DNA of 64,000 bases from an uncultured Veillonellaceae bacterium (GTDB lineage Bacteria; Bacillota; Negativicutes; JARBTT01). This document shows, piece by piece, positions 49,487-59,876 of this stretch. Below the pieces are notes generated by a model that saw only the letters and a list, made by a program, of their open reading frames with translations, searched no databases and was not told the DNA's origin. The position numbers were made by a program, and so were the translations under genes. Within the stretch, counting starts at the first letter, position 1, and each line of letters begins with the position of its first letter. The stretch lies in the NCBI GenBank assembly GCA_963805085.1, contig CAWDTA010000005.1, forward strand, positions 672,001-736,000. Direction: 5' to 3'.

Positions 49487-50800
49487 ATGGATATTGATAT
49501 TAGTAAATATATGAATGCAATAAATTCCTGTGAACCGATTAAAATGAATGGTAAAATAACGCAAGTTATTGGCTTAGTCATTGAGTCACAAGGACCTAAT
49601 GTTAGTCTTGGCGAGTTATGTTATGTTTGCTCTAGACTAAATAATGTCGAACCAATTCCTGCTGAAGTTGTAGGCTTTCGCCAAGGACATGTACTACTTA
49701 TGCCGATTGGTGAAATGCAAGGAATTGGACCTGGATGTGAAGTTATATCAGCGCAAAAAACCTTACGAGTTCAAGTTGGTAAGCAATTATTAGGCCGCAT
49801 TTTAGATGGATTAGGAAATCCTATTGACGGTAAAGGCTCGTTATTTACAGAACAAGAATATCCTTTGAATGCGATGCCGCCTCATCCGTTATCTAGACCA
49901 CGGATCAAGAAAATCCTATCTGTTGGAGTAAGAGCTATTGATGGTGCCATTACTATGGGGTGTGGACAACGTATTGGTATTATGGCAGGTAGTGGTGTTG
50001 GTAAGAGTACTTTGCTAGGCATGATCGCTCGTAATACGGAAGCTGATATTAGTGTCATTGCACTTATTGGGGAACGTGGTCGTGAGGTTAGAGAGTTTAT
50101 TGAACGCGACTTAGGTGAAGAAGGCTTAAAACGAGCCGTAGTAGTAGTTGCGACTTCGGATCAACCAGCACTTGTTCGCATTAAAGGGGCCATGACGGCA
50201 ACCGCGATTGCAGAGTATTTTCGTGATCAAGGAATGAATGTTGTATTAATGATGGATTCAGTAACACGCTTTGCGATGGCTCAACGTGAAGTAGGATTAA
50301 CTGTTGGTGAACCTCCAGCAACACGTGGCTATACTCCTTCTGTTTTTGCGATGTTACCAAGACTGTTAGAACGAGCTGGAACCAATGATGTAGGATCAAT
50401 CACTGGTATTTATACGGTATTGGTGGATGGTGATGATATGAATGAACCGATTGCCGATGCAGTTAGAAGTATCTTAGATGGTCACATTGTACTTTCAAGA
50501 AGCATAGCTGCACAAAACCATTATCCGGCGATTGATTTATTAAACAGTGTAAGCAGGGTAATGCTTGAAATTGTTGAGAAAAAACATTATGAGGCTGCAC
50601 AAAAATTGCGGTCATCTATGGCAGTGTATCGTGAAGCGGAAGACCTGATTAATATTGGGGCTTATGTACAAGGATCAAATGCTAATATTGATCGAGCGAT
50701 TACTCAGATTGAACCAATTAAAAATTTTTTAAAACAAGATGTTTATGAAGTTGATACTTTAGATGAAACAATAAAACGCTTGGTTAGTTTATCTTCTTAA
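49487..50800 (+). CDS. fliI: Flagellar export ATPase FliI
   Basis: GSGVGKS, GERGREV, DSVTRFA, GSITG. Confidence 0.97.
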   Translation: MDIDISKYMNAINSCEPIKMNGKITQVIGLVIESQGPNVSLGELCYVCSRLNNVEPIPAEVVGFRQGHVLLMPIGEMQGIGPGCEVISAQKTLRVQVGKQLLGRILDGLGNPIDGKGSLFTEQEYPLNAMPPHPLSRPRIKKILSVGVRAIDGAITMGCGQRIGIMAGSGVGKSTLLGMIARNTEADISVIALIGERGREVREFIERDLGEEGLKRAVVVVATSDQPALVRIKGAMTATAIAEYFRDQGMNVVLMMDSVTRFAMAQREVGLTVGEPPATRGYTPSVFAMLPRLLERAGTNDVGSITGIYTVLVDGDDMNEPIADAVRSILDGHIVLSRSIAAQNHYPAIDLLNSVSRVMLEIVEKKHYEAAQKLRSSMAVYREAEDLINIGAYVQGSNANIDRAITQIEPIKNFLKQDVYEVDTLDETIKRLVSLSS

Positions 50801-50828
50801 AAGTTAAATGCGCTGGGAAGTGATTTGA

Positions 50829-51275
50829 TTGAAAAAGTTTAGATTCCGTTTAGCTACAGTGCTTAAAGTTTCACAAATAAAAAAAGAACAAGCAGAAATT
50901 GAGTTTGCAGAAGTAACTACTTTTCTATTGCAGCAGCAACAAATGTTGGTTGACTATGAAGACGAACTTTCGCAGGAAATGCAAAGCTATTACAATATGG
51001 CTAATCAAAGAGTTACCATTGAAAAATTAACGAGTTACGGTAGTTACTTTGATCGTATGCGAAATCAGATTCAAAATCAGCAACAAGCAATTGTAAAAGC
51101 TGAAGTAAAAAGAAAAGAAAAATTAGAAATTTTACAAGCGACAATGTGTAAGCTGAAAACGATTGAACAATTACGCGATAAGTGTTTTGAAGAATTCCAA
51201 AAAGAGCAGTTGTTTGAAGAGCAAAAGGAACTTGATGAGATTGGTTTACAAATATATACACGGATGGCAAGGTGA
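50829..51275 (+). CDS. fliJ: Flagellar export protein FliJ
   Basis: FRFRLATVL...EQKELDE coiled coil; synteny. Confidence 0.9.
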   Translation: MKKFRFRLATVLKVSQIKKEQAEIEFAEVTTFLLQQQQMLVDYEDELSQEMQSYYNMANQRVTIEKLTSYGSYFDRMRNQIQNQQQAIVKAEVKRKEKLEILQATMCKLKTIEQLRDKCFEEFQKEQLFEEQKELDEIGLQIYTRMAR

Positions 51276-51281
51276 ATGTAG

Positions 51282-51839
51282 ATGATGGAAGGAATTAGTC
51301 AGGTTTTACAGAGAATTAGTAATATTGAAGATCAATTTTCTCCCAATAAAGCTAGTAACCATAAGTTTCAATCTTATATGGATGGAGCTATGAATCCCCA
51401 AGCTGGTCAAAATAACTCCAAAACAAATGGGGGATTAGCGAGAAAGGCGGTTGCTACCAATGCTCCGGCCGATATTAATTCTTTAATTAATCAATCAGCA
51501 CATAAATATGGTGTAGATCCAAAACTTGTAAGTGCGGTTGCACAAACAGAGTCAAATTATACGCCAAATGCAGTATCGGATGCAGGCGCAGTAGGTGTTA
51601 TGCAACTTATGCCTGATACAGCTAGCTCGCTTGGTGTTACTAATATTTACGATCCACGTGATAATATTGAAGGTGGAGTGAAGTATATTAAACAGTTATT
51701 AAATACCTTTGATGGTGATGTATCGAAAGCTGTAGCCGCTTATAATGCAGGACCACAAGCAGTAAAAAACTATAATGGGGTTCCACCATATGCTGAAACT
51801 CAAAACTATGTAAAAAAAGTTCTTGATTTATACAGCTGA
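51282..51839 (+). CDS. Lytic transglycosylase (SLT domain)
   Basis: AQTESNY, GAVGVMQLMP, AAYNAG, ETQNYV. Confidence 0.9.
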   Translation: MMEGISQVLQRISNIEDQFSPNKASNHKFQSYMDGAMNPQAGQNNSKTNGGLARKAVATNAPADINSLINQSAHKYGVDPKLVSAVAQTESNYTPNAVSDAGAVGVMQLMPDTASSLGVTNIYDPRDNIEGGVKYIKQLLNTFDGDVSKAVAAYNAGPQAVKNYNGVPPYAETQNYVKKVLDLYS

Positions 51840-51868
51840 TAAGAAGTATCCCAGAAGGTAGGTGTGAG

Positions 51869-52564
51869 ATGGCGGCGAATAAGACAGAAAAAGAAAAAGC
51901 TAATAAAAAAGAAATAGTAGAAGATGTAGAAGATGTAGAAGATGATGAGGAAGAAGAAGAAGAGAAGCCTTCCGTTTTTCTTCGAATTTTAAAGATAGGT
52001 ACTATTACATTTTTAATATTAGCCTTTATCATTGGTGGCTTTTTCGTAGGGGTTTATTTAAGAGTTTTTGATGTAAGCCAAATTAATGATAAACTAGAAT
52101 TATATAAATATCCGGTTATTGGTCAATATTTTGAGAAACCTCTTACTGCTGATGAGAGTAAAGGATCAGGTGATCCAGAGAAACCTGGAGAACCAATTGT
52201 TATTCCTGATCCAAAAGCTCAGGATAAAACAGATAATCCTTTAAAATTAACCGAAGGAGAAAAACAAGCAGATGCTTCTAAACCAATTGCGCTGGATAAA
52301 GCAGAGATCGATAAACAATTAAAGATTAGACAAGCTGAAGAAAAAAAACGTGTATCAAAATTAGCTCGTTTATATGGTTCAATGAAACCAGAAAAAGCAA
52401 TGCCAATTTTAGATGCATTAGACGATGATATGGCGATTGCTATATTGAGCAAGATGGAAGAAGATCAGGTATCTAAAATTTTGCCGCTTTTTGATACTTC
52501 AAAAAGCGCAAGAATAACAAGGATTATGTATAACGGAAAACCACCAGTGACGCAAGTTAGATAG
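51869..52564 (+). CDS. MotE/YlxF-like flagellar protein (MgtE N-terminal-like domain)
   Basis: Single TM; LYGSMKPEKA...ILSKMEEDQVSKIL motif; synteny. Confidence 0.75.
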   Translation: MAANKTEKEKANKKEIVEDVEDVEDDEEEEEEKPSVFLRILKIGTITFLILAFIIGGFFVGVYLRVFDVSQINDKLELYKYPVIGQYFEKPLTADESKGSGDPEKPGEPIVIPDPKAQDKTDNPLKLTEGEKQADASKPIALDKAEIDKQLKIRQAEEKKRVSKLARLYGSMKPEKAMPILDALDDDMAIAILSKMEEDQVSKILPLFDTSKSARITRIMYNGKPPVTQVR

Positions 52565-52615
52565 TCGGTTATCTGTTATATGATAATAAATAGTTTACTG
52601 AAAGGAGGTGAGAAA

Positions 52616-54145
52616 ATGGATATGCAGATAAATTTAGCTAGTGCTCAGCCTGAAACCAATACTGCAAATGCTAAAACTTCAGCATCAAGTAATTCAAAAA
52701 CTACAGCGAAAAATTCGAATAGTAGTGATAAAAAATCAGGTAAAAACTTCACAGATGTTTTAGCCAATGCTAATACAAAAGCCGATTTGCCAACAGAGAG
52801 TACAACTGATAATAGTAGTGCTAACTTGATGAACAATATGGCAGGTTTAACTAATATGGCGGTTTTGGTTGCGATTAGCTCAATGCAAGTGACACCAGTA
52901 AATGTAGAAACGGTAGCGAAAGTAGATGATACGGTTGTTGCACTTTCATCCCAAGGCGAAGAAAAGAACTTTGCTGGTATGATGCAAACTGAGATGCAAG
53001 ACAATAAACTGGTAAATAAACTTCTACAGCAGGTAGACTCTGGTGTAACAGCTGAAACTCTAAAAGATAGTAATGTTACTGTTGGTGTAAACACAAAAAA
53101 TACATTGTCTTCAGCAAAAACGAACTTGGTTTCAGATTTATCACAAACTCAATTATCAACTGATACATCAGAAACAACTAATGCATTGCAACTAAAAGCA
53201 GCTAGTGATACTCTTGCTCAGATGCAGGTAGTGAAAAATTCTGCAGACAAAGGGGAACAGGTTGTTAACACAATCGTAGAAACTCCGGTTTTGCAAGAAG
53301 TACAAGTTGCGAGCACTAATTTGGAGAACCCATTAACGAAAACAACGGGTACCAATAAGTTGGCTGAAAAACCAAAGGATAACGTAGTCAATGTTAAAGT
53401 AACCAATATGGGGAGCACAGAAAATTTTATATTGGCCAATACTGCATCTACGAATGCCATAACAGCTACGAATGCGAATGTCGTGAATGATGCTAATAGC
53501 AAGATTGATGTTGAATCAACATTAACCAATACAGTATCTGTAACAGAAAAGCCGACTAAATCGCAAATACCAACGGTTGAAGTTGCAAGTAATCATGCAG
53601 AGCAGCCAAATACCAATCAATTTAGTCAATTTGTAACACTAGCGACAGATCAGCTGAATAAAAATATCAGTGCTGAAGCAACTACAACAGCTACTACGCC
53701 ACAACCATTAGCTGAATATGATATTCCGGGGCAAATTGTCGAGCAAGCGCATTTGATTAAAGGCACAGAAGATACACAAATGGTTATTAAATTGAAACCG
53801 GAACATTTAGGTGAATTGACATTAAAAGTTACGGTTGAAAATGGCACTGTAAGTGCATCTTTCCACAGTGACAATAGTCAAGTAAGAGGTTTGTTGGAAA
53901 CAACGATGGCTCAGCTAAAACAAGATTTGACCAGCCAAGGTATTAAAGTAGATACGGTTGGTGTTTATGGTGGTCTTGGTAAATTTTTATCCGATGGACA
54001 AAGTCAACCAGGACAACAAGGGCAAAATAGTCGTTTCAAAAATCGTAAAATTAATGTAGATGACTTTGAAGATGAAGTTGATAAAGTTGGCGGATTAATG
54101 TCAGCCAGTGGTGTAACCGACGATGGTGTTGATTATCGTGTCTAA
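52616..54145 (+). CDS. fliK: Flagellar hook-length control protein FliK
   Basis: Low-complexity N-terminus; C-terminal LKPEHLGEL...LKQDL domain; RBS AAAGGAGGTG. Confidence 0.92.
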   Translation: MDMQINLASAQPETNTANAKTSASSNSKTTAKNSNSSDKKSGKNFTDVLANANTKADLPTESTTDNSSANLMNNMAGLTNMAVLVAISSMQVTPVNVETVAKVDDTVVALSSQGEEKNFAGMMQTEMQDNKLVNKLLQQVDSGVTAETLKDSNVTVGVNTKNTLSSAKTNLVSDLSQTQLSTDTSETTNALQLKAASDTLAQMQVVKNSADKGEQVVNTIVETPVLQEVQVASTNLENPLTKTTGTNKLAEKPKDNVVNVKVTNMGSTENFILANTASTNAITATNANVVNDANSKIDVESTLTNTVSVTEKPTKSQIPTVEVASNHAEQPNTNQFSQFVTLATDQLNKNISAEATTTATTPQPLAEYDIPGQIVEQAHLIKGTEDTQMVIKLKPEHLGELTLKVTVENGTVSASFHSDNSQVRGLLETTMAQLKQDLTSQGIKVDTVGVYGGLGKFLSDGQSQPGQQGQNSRFKNRKINVDDFEDEVDKVGGLMSASGVTDDGVDYRV

Positions 54146-54169
54146 TGCAAATAAAAGGAGGAGTTTTAT

Positions 54170-54784
54170 ATGTCAACTACGCTTACAGATGGAACATATC
54201 TAAATACGACGAATGGTGTAACTAATAATACAACTACTAAAACAGCAACTACATCATCTAGTAGTTCAATGGGAAAAAATGATTTTTTACAATTACTTGT
54301 GACGCAAATGAAATATCAAGATCCATTAGATCCACAAAGTAATAGTGAATATGCTTCGCAATTGGCGCAGTTCTCTTCATTGGAGCAGATGCAGAATTTA
54401 AATACAACAGTGAATTCATCACAAGCAACATCTCTTGTTGGTAAATCTGTCGCTTGGGCAGATTCAAAAGGTAATACCTTTAGTGGCACTGTTAGTTCGG
54501 TTAAATATTCAAATGGTACAGCAAAATTGATGGTAGGTGGCGCAGAGGTTGATGTTTCTAGCTTACTTTATGTAGGATCTTCTGATTCATCACAACAAGT
54601 AGAAGAGTTGAACACTATCCAAGCAAGTGGACTTATCGGTAAGAAAGTTACTTGGACGGATTCTACTGGTGCATCACAAAGTGGTACAGTTTCTTCTGTT
54701 TCAGTTTCAAATGGAGCAACACAATTGATGGTAGGTAGCACGGCAGTAAGTATTTCTAGCTTAACCAATATACAGACGGCTTAG
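54170..54784 (+). CDS. flgD: Flagellar hook capping protein FlgD
   Basis: FLQLLVTQMKYQDPLDP, QLAQFSSLEQM. Confidence 0.95.
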   Translation: MSTTLTDGTYLNTTNGVTNNTTTKTATTSSSSSMGKNDFLQLLVTQMKYQDPLDPQSNSEYASQLAQFSSLEQMQNLNTTVNSSQATSLVGKSVAWADSKGNTFSGTVSSVKYSNGTAKLMVGGAEVDVSSLLYVGSSDSSQQVEELNTIQASGLIGKKVTWTDSTGASQSGTVSSVSVSNGATQLMVGSTAVSISSLTNIQTA

Positions 54785-54845
54785 TACAAAGTAGGTTTTC
54801 TAATAAAATAATATAATAAATTGTTGCCTTAAGGAGGTTTGTTAT

Positions 54846-55241
54846 GTGGCTGATAATATGATTTATTATCAAGCACAGCCATTGCTGCCGATTGGTAACT
54901 GTGGTAAACTAGCGAATACCAATAGTGCATCAAATATTAAACCTAATGCGAAAAATAGTTTTGCAAATTTGCTAAATCAAGAAATTGCTGGCGTGAAATT
55001 TTCACAACATGCGCTTGAGCGGATGCAGAGTCGCAATTTAAATTTTAGTAATCATGATTTAATGAAACTAAATGATGCAGTTGAAAAGATTGCTAAAAAA
55101 GGTGCAAAAGAATCATTGGTATATATGAATGATGTGGCCTTGGTAGTTAGTGTTGCCAATAAAACGGTTATTACCGCCATGGATGGCAAGAGTGCAAAAG
55201 ATAATATATTTACAAATATTGATAGTGCAGTAATTATATAA
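54846..55241 (+). CDS. Flagellar operon protein (TIGR02530 family)
   Basis: KFSQHALERM, KGAKESL, NKTVITA, IFTNIDSAVII; lies between flgD and flgE. Confidence 0.88.
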   Translation: MADNMIYYQAQPLLPIGNCGKLANTNSASNIKPNAKNSFANLLNQEIAGVKFSQHALERMQSRNLNFSNHDLMKLNDAVEKIAKKGAKESLVYMNDVALVVSVANKTVITAMDGKSAKDNIFTNIDSAVII

Positions 55242-55322
55242 GCTGGACCATAAGGAAGCTTAGTGTTGTTGATTGATTGACACAGCACACTGCACACAAA
55301 AAAAATGGAGGTCGATTTTCTT

Positions 55323-56720
55323 ATGATGCGTTCATTGTATTCCGGGGTATCCGGTCTAAAAAATCATCAAACCCGTATGGATGTTATTGGTAATAATATT
55401 GCTAACGTAAATACGACAGGCTATAAAGCTGGCCGCGTAACATTTCAAGATATTTTAAGTCAAACGATTACTGGTGCATCTTCAGCGCAAGGTAACCTTG
55501 GCGGAACCAACGCAAAACAAATTGGACTTGGGATGGGAGTTGCTAGTATAGACACTACCTTTACTGATGGTAGTGTGCAATCTACTGGTAAAAATACAGA
55601 TCTGTGCCTTTCTGGCTCGGGCTTTTTTGTTGTAGCTGATGGCTCTAATCAGTATTATACTCGTAATGGCGCATTTACCTTTGATGCATCAGGAAACTAC
55701 GTTAATAGTGCTGGTTTAAAAGTACAAGGTTGGATGGCAGATTCTACAGGGACAATCAGTTCAAATGGTGCGGTTACAAATATCGTTATCCCAGTAGGAC
55801 AAACGATGGCGGCAACTGCTACTACGAAAGCAACTTATACGAAAAACTTATCCGCAACTGCAACTGATGGGGTAACGACGACGACTGGCTTAGCTGCAAG
55901 TGCTTTTACTACTACTGCTGAAACAACTGCAGCGGCTTCAGCTTTGGCATCTCCGGGTACGGCCATAACTGTTTCTGGAGCAACGGGAACAACGATTACG
56001 TATGATAGCACTACTAGTACATATACAAAAACAGTTACTGGTACAGCGACAACTGCGACATCATCCTTTACCGCTTATGATAGTGAAGGGGTAGCGCATA
56101 CGATTACAGGTACATTTACGAAGTCAACGACTGCAAACCAATGGACCTTTGCGGCGACTTCCACAGATGGTGGTACGATGACTGGTGGTAGCGGTAACAT
56201 TACGTTTACCACTGCAGGTGCATACTCCGCTAGTACTGTTTCAGATATTGTTTTCACTCCTACTACAGGCGGTGCCGCTACAACAATTGCCTTAGACTTC
56301 AGTGCATTAACCCAGTATGATGGTGATACGACCGTTGCAGTTGATAAAAATGGGAATGCAGCTGGTACGCTCGATAGTGTAAGTACTGATAGCACTGGTA
56401 CAATCGTTGGTAGTTTTAGTAATGGATTGAAGAGGGATTTAGCTCAAGTGGCGATTGCTACCTTTAATAATCCAGGTGGTTTGACGAAATCTGGGGACAG
56501 TTTATATAGTTCATCAAATAACTCGGGCGCAGTGCAAATTAATACAGCGGGTACTGGTGGTGCTGGCTCATTGACGCCATCCAGTTTGGAAATGTCAAAT
56601 GTCGACTTGTCAGATGAATTAACGAATATGATTGTTACCCAACGTGGTTACCAAGCAAATTCAAAGATTATTACTACTTCTGATGACATGTTAGAGACAT
56701 TAGTAAACTTAAAACGTTAA
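55323..56720 (+). CDS. flgE: Flagellar hook protein FlgE
   Basis: MMRSLYSGVSG, GNNIANVNTTGYK, LEMSNVDLS, QRGYQAN. Confidence 0.95.
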   Translation: MMRSLYSGVSGLKNHQTRMDVIGNNIANVNTTGYKAGRVTFQDILSQTITGASSAQGNLGGTNAKQIGLGMGVASIDTTFTDGSVQSTGKNTDLCLSGSGFFVVADGSNQYYTRNGAFTFDASGNYVNSAGLKVQGWMADSTGTISSNGAVTNIVIPVGQTMAATATTKATYTKNLSATATDGVTTTTGLAASAFTTTAETTAAASALASPGTAITVSGATGTTITYDSTTSTYTKTVTGTATTATSSFTAYDSEGVAHTITGTFTKSTTANQWTFAATSTDGGTMTGGSGNITFTTAGAYSASTVSDIVFTPTTGGAATTIALDFSALTQYDGDTTVAVDKNGNAAGTLDSVSTDSTGTIVGSFSNGLKRDLAQVAIATFNNPGGLTKSGDSLYSSSNNSGAVQINTAGTGGAGSLTPSSLEMSNVDLSDELTNMIVTQRGYQANSKIITTSDDMLETLVNLKR

Positions 56721-56784
56721 ATAACGGGTAGAGTGGGGGAATGGATTCCCCCACTTTTCCTAAAATACAGGAGGCATATTTAGT

Positions 56785-56991
56785 ATGATTAAGGTAACAA
56801 AATTCAATTCAGATGAACGTGGGGAATTTATTCTAAATGCAGAAATAATTGAAACGATTGAACAGACTCCTGATACAGTAGTTACATTAACCAATGGTAA
56901 GAAATTTATCATAGAAGAAAAAATGGAAGAAGTCGTTAGACGAGTGATGACCTATAAACGTGCTTTGTATAACGGCAGTAACTTTCGGTAA
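56785..56991 (+). CDS. flbD: Flagellar protein FlbD/SwrD family
   Basis: LNAEIIETIEQTPDTVVTLTNGKK. Confidence 0.9.
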   Translation: MIKVTKFNSDERGEFILNAEIIETIEQTPDTVVTLTNGKKFIIEEKMEEVVRRVMTYKRALYNGSNFR

Positions 56992-57112
56992 TAAAGTTGA
57001 ATGTCCAATGAAATTAGCTTATCATTTTAAGTTAATGACATTTTTTTTATAGTTTATTTATGCGGACAGAATTTGAAATTAGATGTCCTTTATAGTATGG
57101 GGGTGGATGAGG

Positions 57113-57583
57113 TTGGCTGAAGAAGAAATTAAGAAAAAAAGTCCGATGCTAATGATTGTTGGTTTAATTGTGGTGGGGTTAATCTTGGCAGGCGGTATGT
57201 CGTACTTTATTGCTACAAAAGTTATGACAGATTCTGTTGGTAAGGTTCCGACAAGAGAACCAGGTGTATTTGTTAAATTAGGTGACGCCAAAGATGGTGT
57301 GATTGTCAATGTCGGTGGTGTGAAAAGTGGTCGTTTCCTTAAAGTTGGTGTTGTTTTAGAATTGGATCCTACTAAAAGTTCAAGCAAAGATGGAAAGATT
57401 CCTTCTGCTACAGAAACCAAAATTTTAGATTCCGTATTGCAATTACTTAGAGCACAAAAGATCGAAAATTTTGATCCTAATAAGCAGGAAGAATTAAAAA
57501 TGCAAATAAAAACAGAGGTAAATAAAGTTCTTGGTGAAAATACTGTATATGAAGTGTATATTACTAATTTTGTTTTGCAGTAA
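57113..57583 (+). CDS. fliL: Flagellar basal body-associated protein FliL
   Basis: N-terminal TM; ends VYITNFVLQ; precedes fliM. Confidence 0.9.
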   Translation: MAEEEIKKKSPMLMIVGLIVVGLILAGGMSYFIATKVMTDSVGKVPTREPGVFVKLGDAKDGVIVNVGGVKSGRFLKVGVVLELDPTKSSSKDGKIPSATETKILDSVLQLLRAQKIENFDPNKQEELKMQIKTEVNKVLGENTVYEVYITNFVLQ

Positions 57584-57639
57584 TGTGAATTCTTAAATAC
57601 ATATTTTGACGTATTTGGAAGGCGAAAGGAGGAGGAATA

Positions 57640-58641
57640 TTGTCAGCGGATGTGTTATCACAGTCAGAGATTGATCAATTATTATCAGCGTTGTCTACTG
57701 GTGTTGTCTCAGCTGAAGAAATGAAGGTTGAGGAAAAACAGAAAAAAATTAAAATCTATGATTTTAAACGTCCTGATAAATTTTCTAAGGACCAAATTCG
57801 CACCTTGTATATGTTACATGAGAATTTTGCCCGGCTTTTAAATACTTACTTATCAACACATCTTAGAACGATGATTAATGTAAATGTTGCATCGGTTGAA
57901 CAGTTGACTTATGAAGAATTTGTTCGATCGTTATCTAATCCAAGTGTTATTGGTATTTTGGATATGGCTCCGCTAAAAGGAAATGTAATTTTTGAAATGA
58001 ACCCTAATATCACATTTGCAATTATTGATCGCTTGTTTGGTGGTGCAGGAGAAGCTTTAAGTAAAATTAGAGCATTGACTGATATTGAAGAAGTTATTGT
58101 TCGTAAGATTATGAATAAAGCCTTGGAAAATTTTAAAGAAGCTTGGCAGAATGTAGTTCAAATAACACCGCATTTGGAGGCAATTGAAACGAATCCGCAA
58201 TTTACGCAAATTGTGCCTCCGAGTGATATGGTTGTAATTATCACGTTGCAGGTAAAGGTTGGCGAAGTTGAGGGATTAATGAATGTTTGTATCCCGTACT
58301 TAGTTCTTGAACCAATTATGGCTAAGTTAACGACTACATTTTGGGTGGCAGCCTCTGTAGTTAAGGAAGATAATCCAGAACAAATTGAAATTTTGCAACG
58401 TAAGATTAGAAAAACATACGTTCCTATGTCCGTGGAGTTGGGAAGTATTGATGTAAGTATTCATGAATTCTTGAACTTAGTGGTAGGGGATGTATTGCAA
58501 TTTGAAACAAAGGTTGGTAGTGAGTTGAGCTTGATTGTAGGTACGAGACCTAAGTTTTGGTGTAGACCTGGTGTTTCAGGAAAAAACGTTGCAGTACAGA
58601 TATCTAGGGTGAATACAGAAGGGGATGATAACGATGAATGA
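57640..58641 (+). CDS. fliM: Flagellar motor switch protein FliM
   Basis: LSQSEIDQLL, YDFKRPDKFSKDQ, FGGAG. Confidence 0.96.
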   Translation: MSADVLSQSEIDQLLSALSTGVVSAEEMKVEEKQKKIKIYDFKRPDKFSKDQIRTLYMLHENFARLLNTYLSTHLRTMINVNVASVEQLTYEEFVRSLSNPSVIGILDMAPLKGNVIFEMNPNITFAIIDRLFGGAGEALSKIRALTDIEEVIVRKIMNKALENFKEAWQNVVQITPHLEAIETNPQFTQIVPPSDMVVIITLQVKVGEVEGLMNVCIPYLVLEPIMAKLTTTFWVAASVVKEDNPEQIEILQRKIRKTYVPMSVELGSIDVSIHEFLNLVVGDVLQFETKVGSELSLIVGTRPKFWCRPGVSGKNVAVQISRVNTEGDDNDE

Positions 58642-59806
58642 TGGTTTTCTTTCACAAGATGAAATAAATGCATTGCTTCAAGGAAACGCGGATGAAACTT
58701 CGCAAGCATCCACAGAAGCAGAAGGATCTGGAAACTTGGAGGCGGAAGCTATAACTGAAATGGAACGAGATGCACTTGGTGAGATTGGTAACATCTCTAT
58801 GGGGAGTGCAGCTACTACATTGTCAGTTCTTCTTGGACGTCGCGTTGATATTACGACTCCCCGGGTTTCAGTTGACACTTTAGGTTCGATTAAAGATCAT
58901 TATCCATTACCATATTTAGTAGTTGAAGTCGGTTATACAGTAGGAATTGATGGCAATAACATCCTGGCAATTCAGGAACAAGATGCTTTGATTATTGCCG
59001 ACCTTATGATGGGGGGAGAAGGTACCAATCCACCAACAGAGTTAAATGAACTTTATATGAGCGCTGTTGGTGAAGCGATGAATCAAATGATGGGGTCAGT
59101 ATCCACTTCCTTATCTACGATGTTTAGCAAGAAAATTGATATTTCACCGCCTAAAGTAAATTTAGTTGATTTAGCTACTTCAGAACCAGTTAGTGAATTG
59201 GTAAGTAATGATGAAGAAATTGTTAAAGTTGCGTTTCGGATGGAAGTTGAAGGTTTAATCGATAGTGAAATTATGCAGATACTACCAATTAAAATTGCTA
59301 AAGAGATGGTTGAGAGCTTAATGAAACCAACGGTTGATGAACCAGCTCCTGTTAGTAGACCTGAACCGATACCGACTGTAGCAGCACCTACCATGACGTC
59401 ACCAGCTCCTCAAGCAGTGATGCCAGAGCAACAACCAATGTATTATGCAACAACACCTGCTCCGCAAACTGCACGAGTGGCTCCAGGCGTACCTGTACAA
59501 CCGGTACAATTTGCCCCATTAACTGCAAATGGAATCGCTATATCGGATACAAACCTTGGACTAATTATGGACGTGCCACTGCAGGTTACTGTAGAATTAG
59601 GTAGAACCAAAAAATTAATTAAAGATATTTTGGATTTAGCGACAGGATCGATTATAGAGTTGGATAAATTAGCTGGTGAGCCAGTTGATATATTGGTAAA
59701 TGGGAAGTTACTTGCCAAGGGTGAAGTTGTTGTTATTGATGAAAATTTTGGCGTAAGAATAACAGATATCGTAAGTCCTATGGAAAGAGCTAGAAATATT
59801 CAGTAA
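58634..59806 (+). CDS. fliY: Flagellar switch phosphatase FliY (CheC-like plus FliN domain)
   Basis: LSQDEINALL, EIGNISMG, EAMNQMMG, GEVVVIDENFGVRI. Confidence 0.95.
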   Translation: MNDGFLSQDEINALLQGNADETSQASTEAEGSGNLEAEAITEMERDALGEIGNISMGSAATTLSVLLGRRVDITTPRVSVDTLGSIKDHYPLPYLVVEVGYTVGIDGNNILAIQEQDALIIADLMMGGEGTNPPTELNELYMSAVGEAMNQMMGSVSTSLSTMFSKKIDISPPKVNLVDLATSEPVSELVSNDEEIVKVAFRMEVEGLIDSEIMQILPIKIAKEMVESLMKPTVDEPAPVSRPEPIPTVAAPTMTSPAPQAVMPEQQPMYYATTPAPQTARVAPGVPVQPVQFAPLTANGIAISDTNLGLIMDVPLQVTVELGRTKKLIKDILDLATGSIIELDKLAGEPVDILVNGKLLAKGEVVVIDENFGVRITDIVSPMERARNIQ

Positions 59807-59876
59807 TTTATATTAATATAGATATTGATGAGTAAAATCTAAATAAAAACAATTTATATTTAAGGAGAGATGTTTC

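Noticed and set aside
51900-51965. GAAGATGTA/GAA repeats, and the Thr/Ala-rich stretches in fliK and flgE
   Set aside because: Low-complexity coding sequence (acidic tract, flexible linkers), not independent repeat elements
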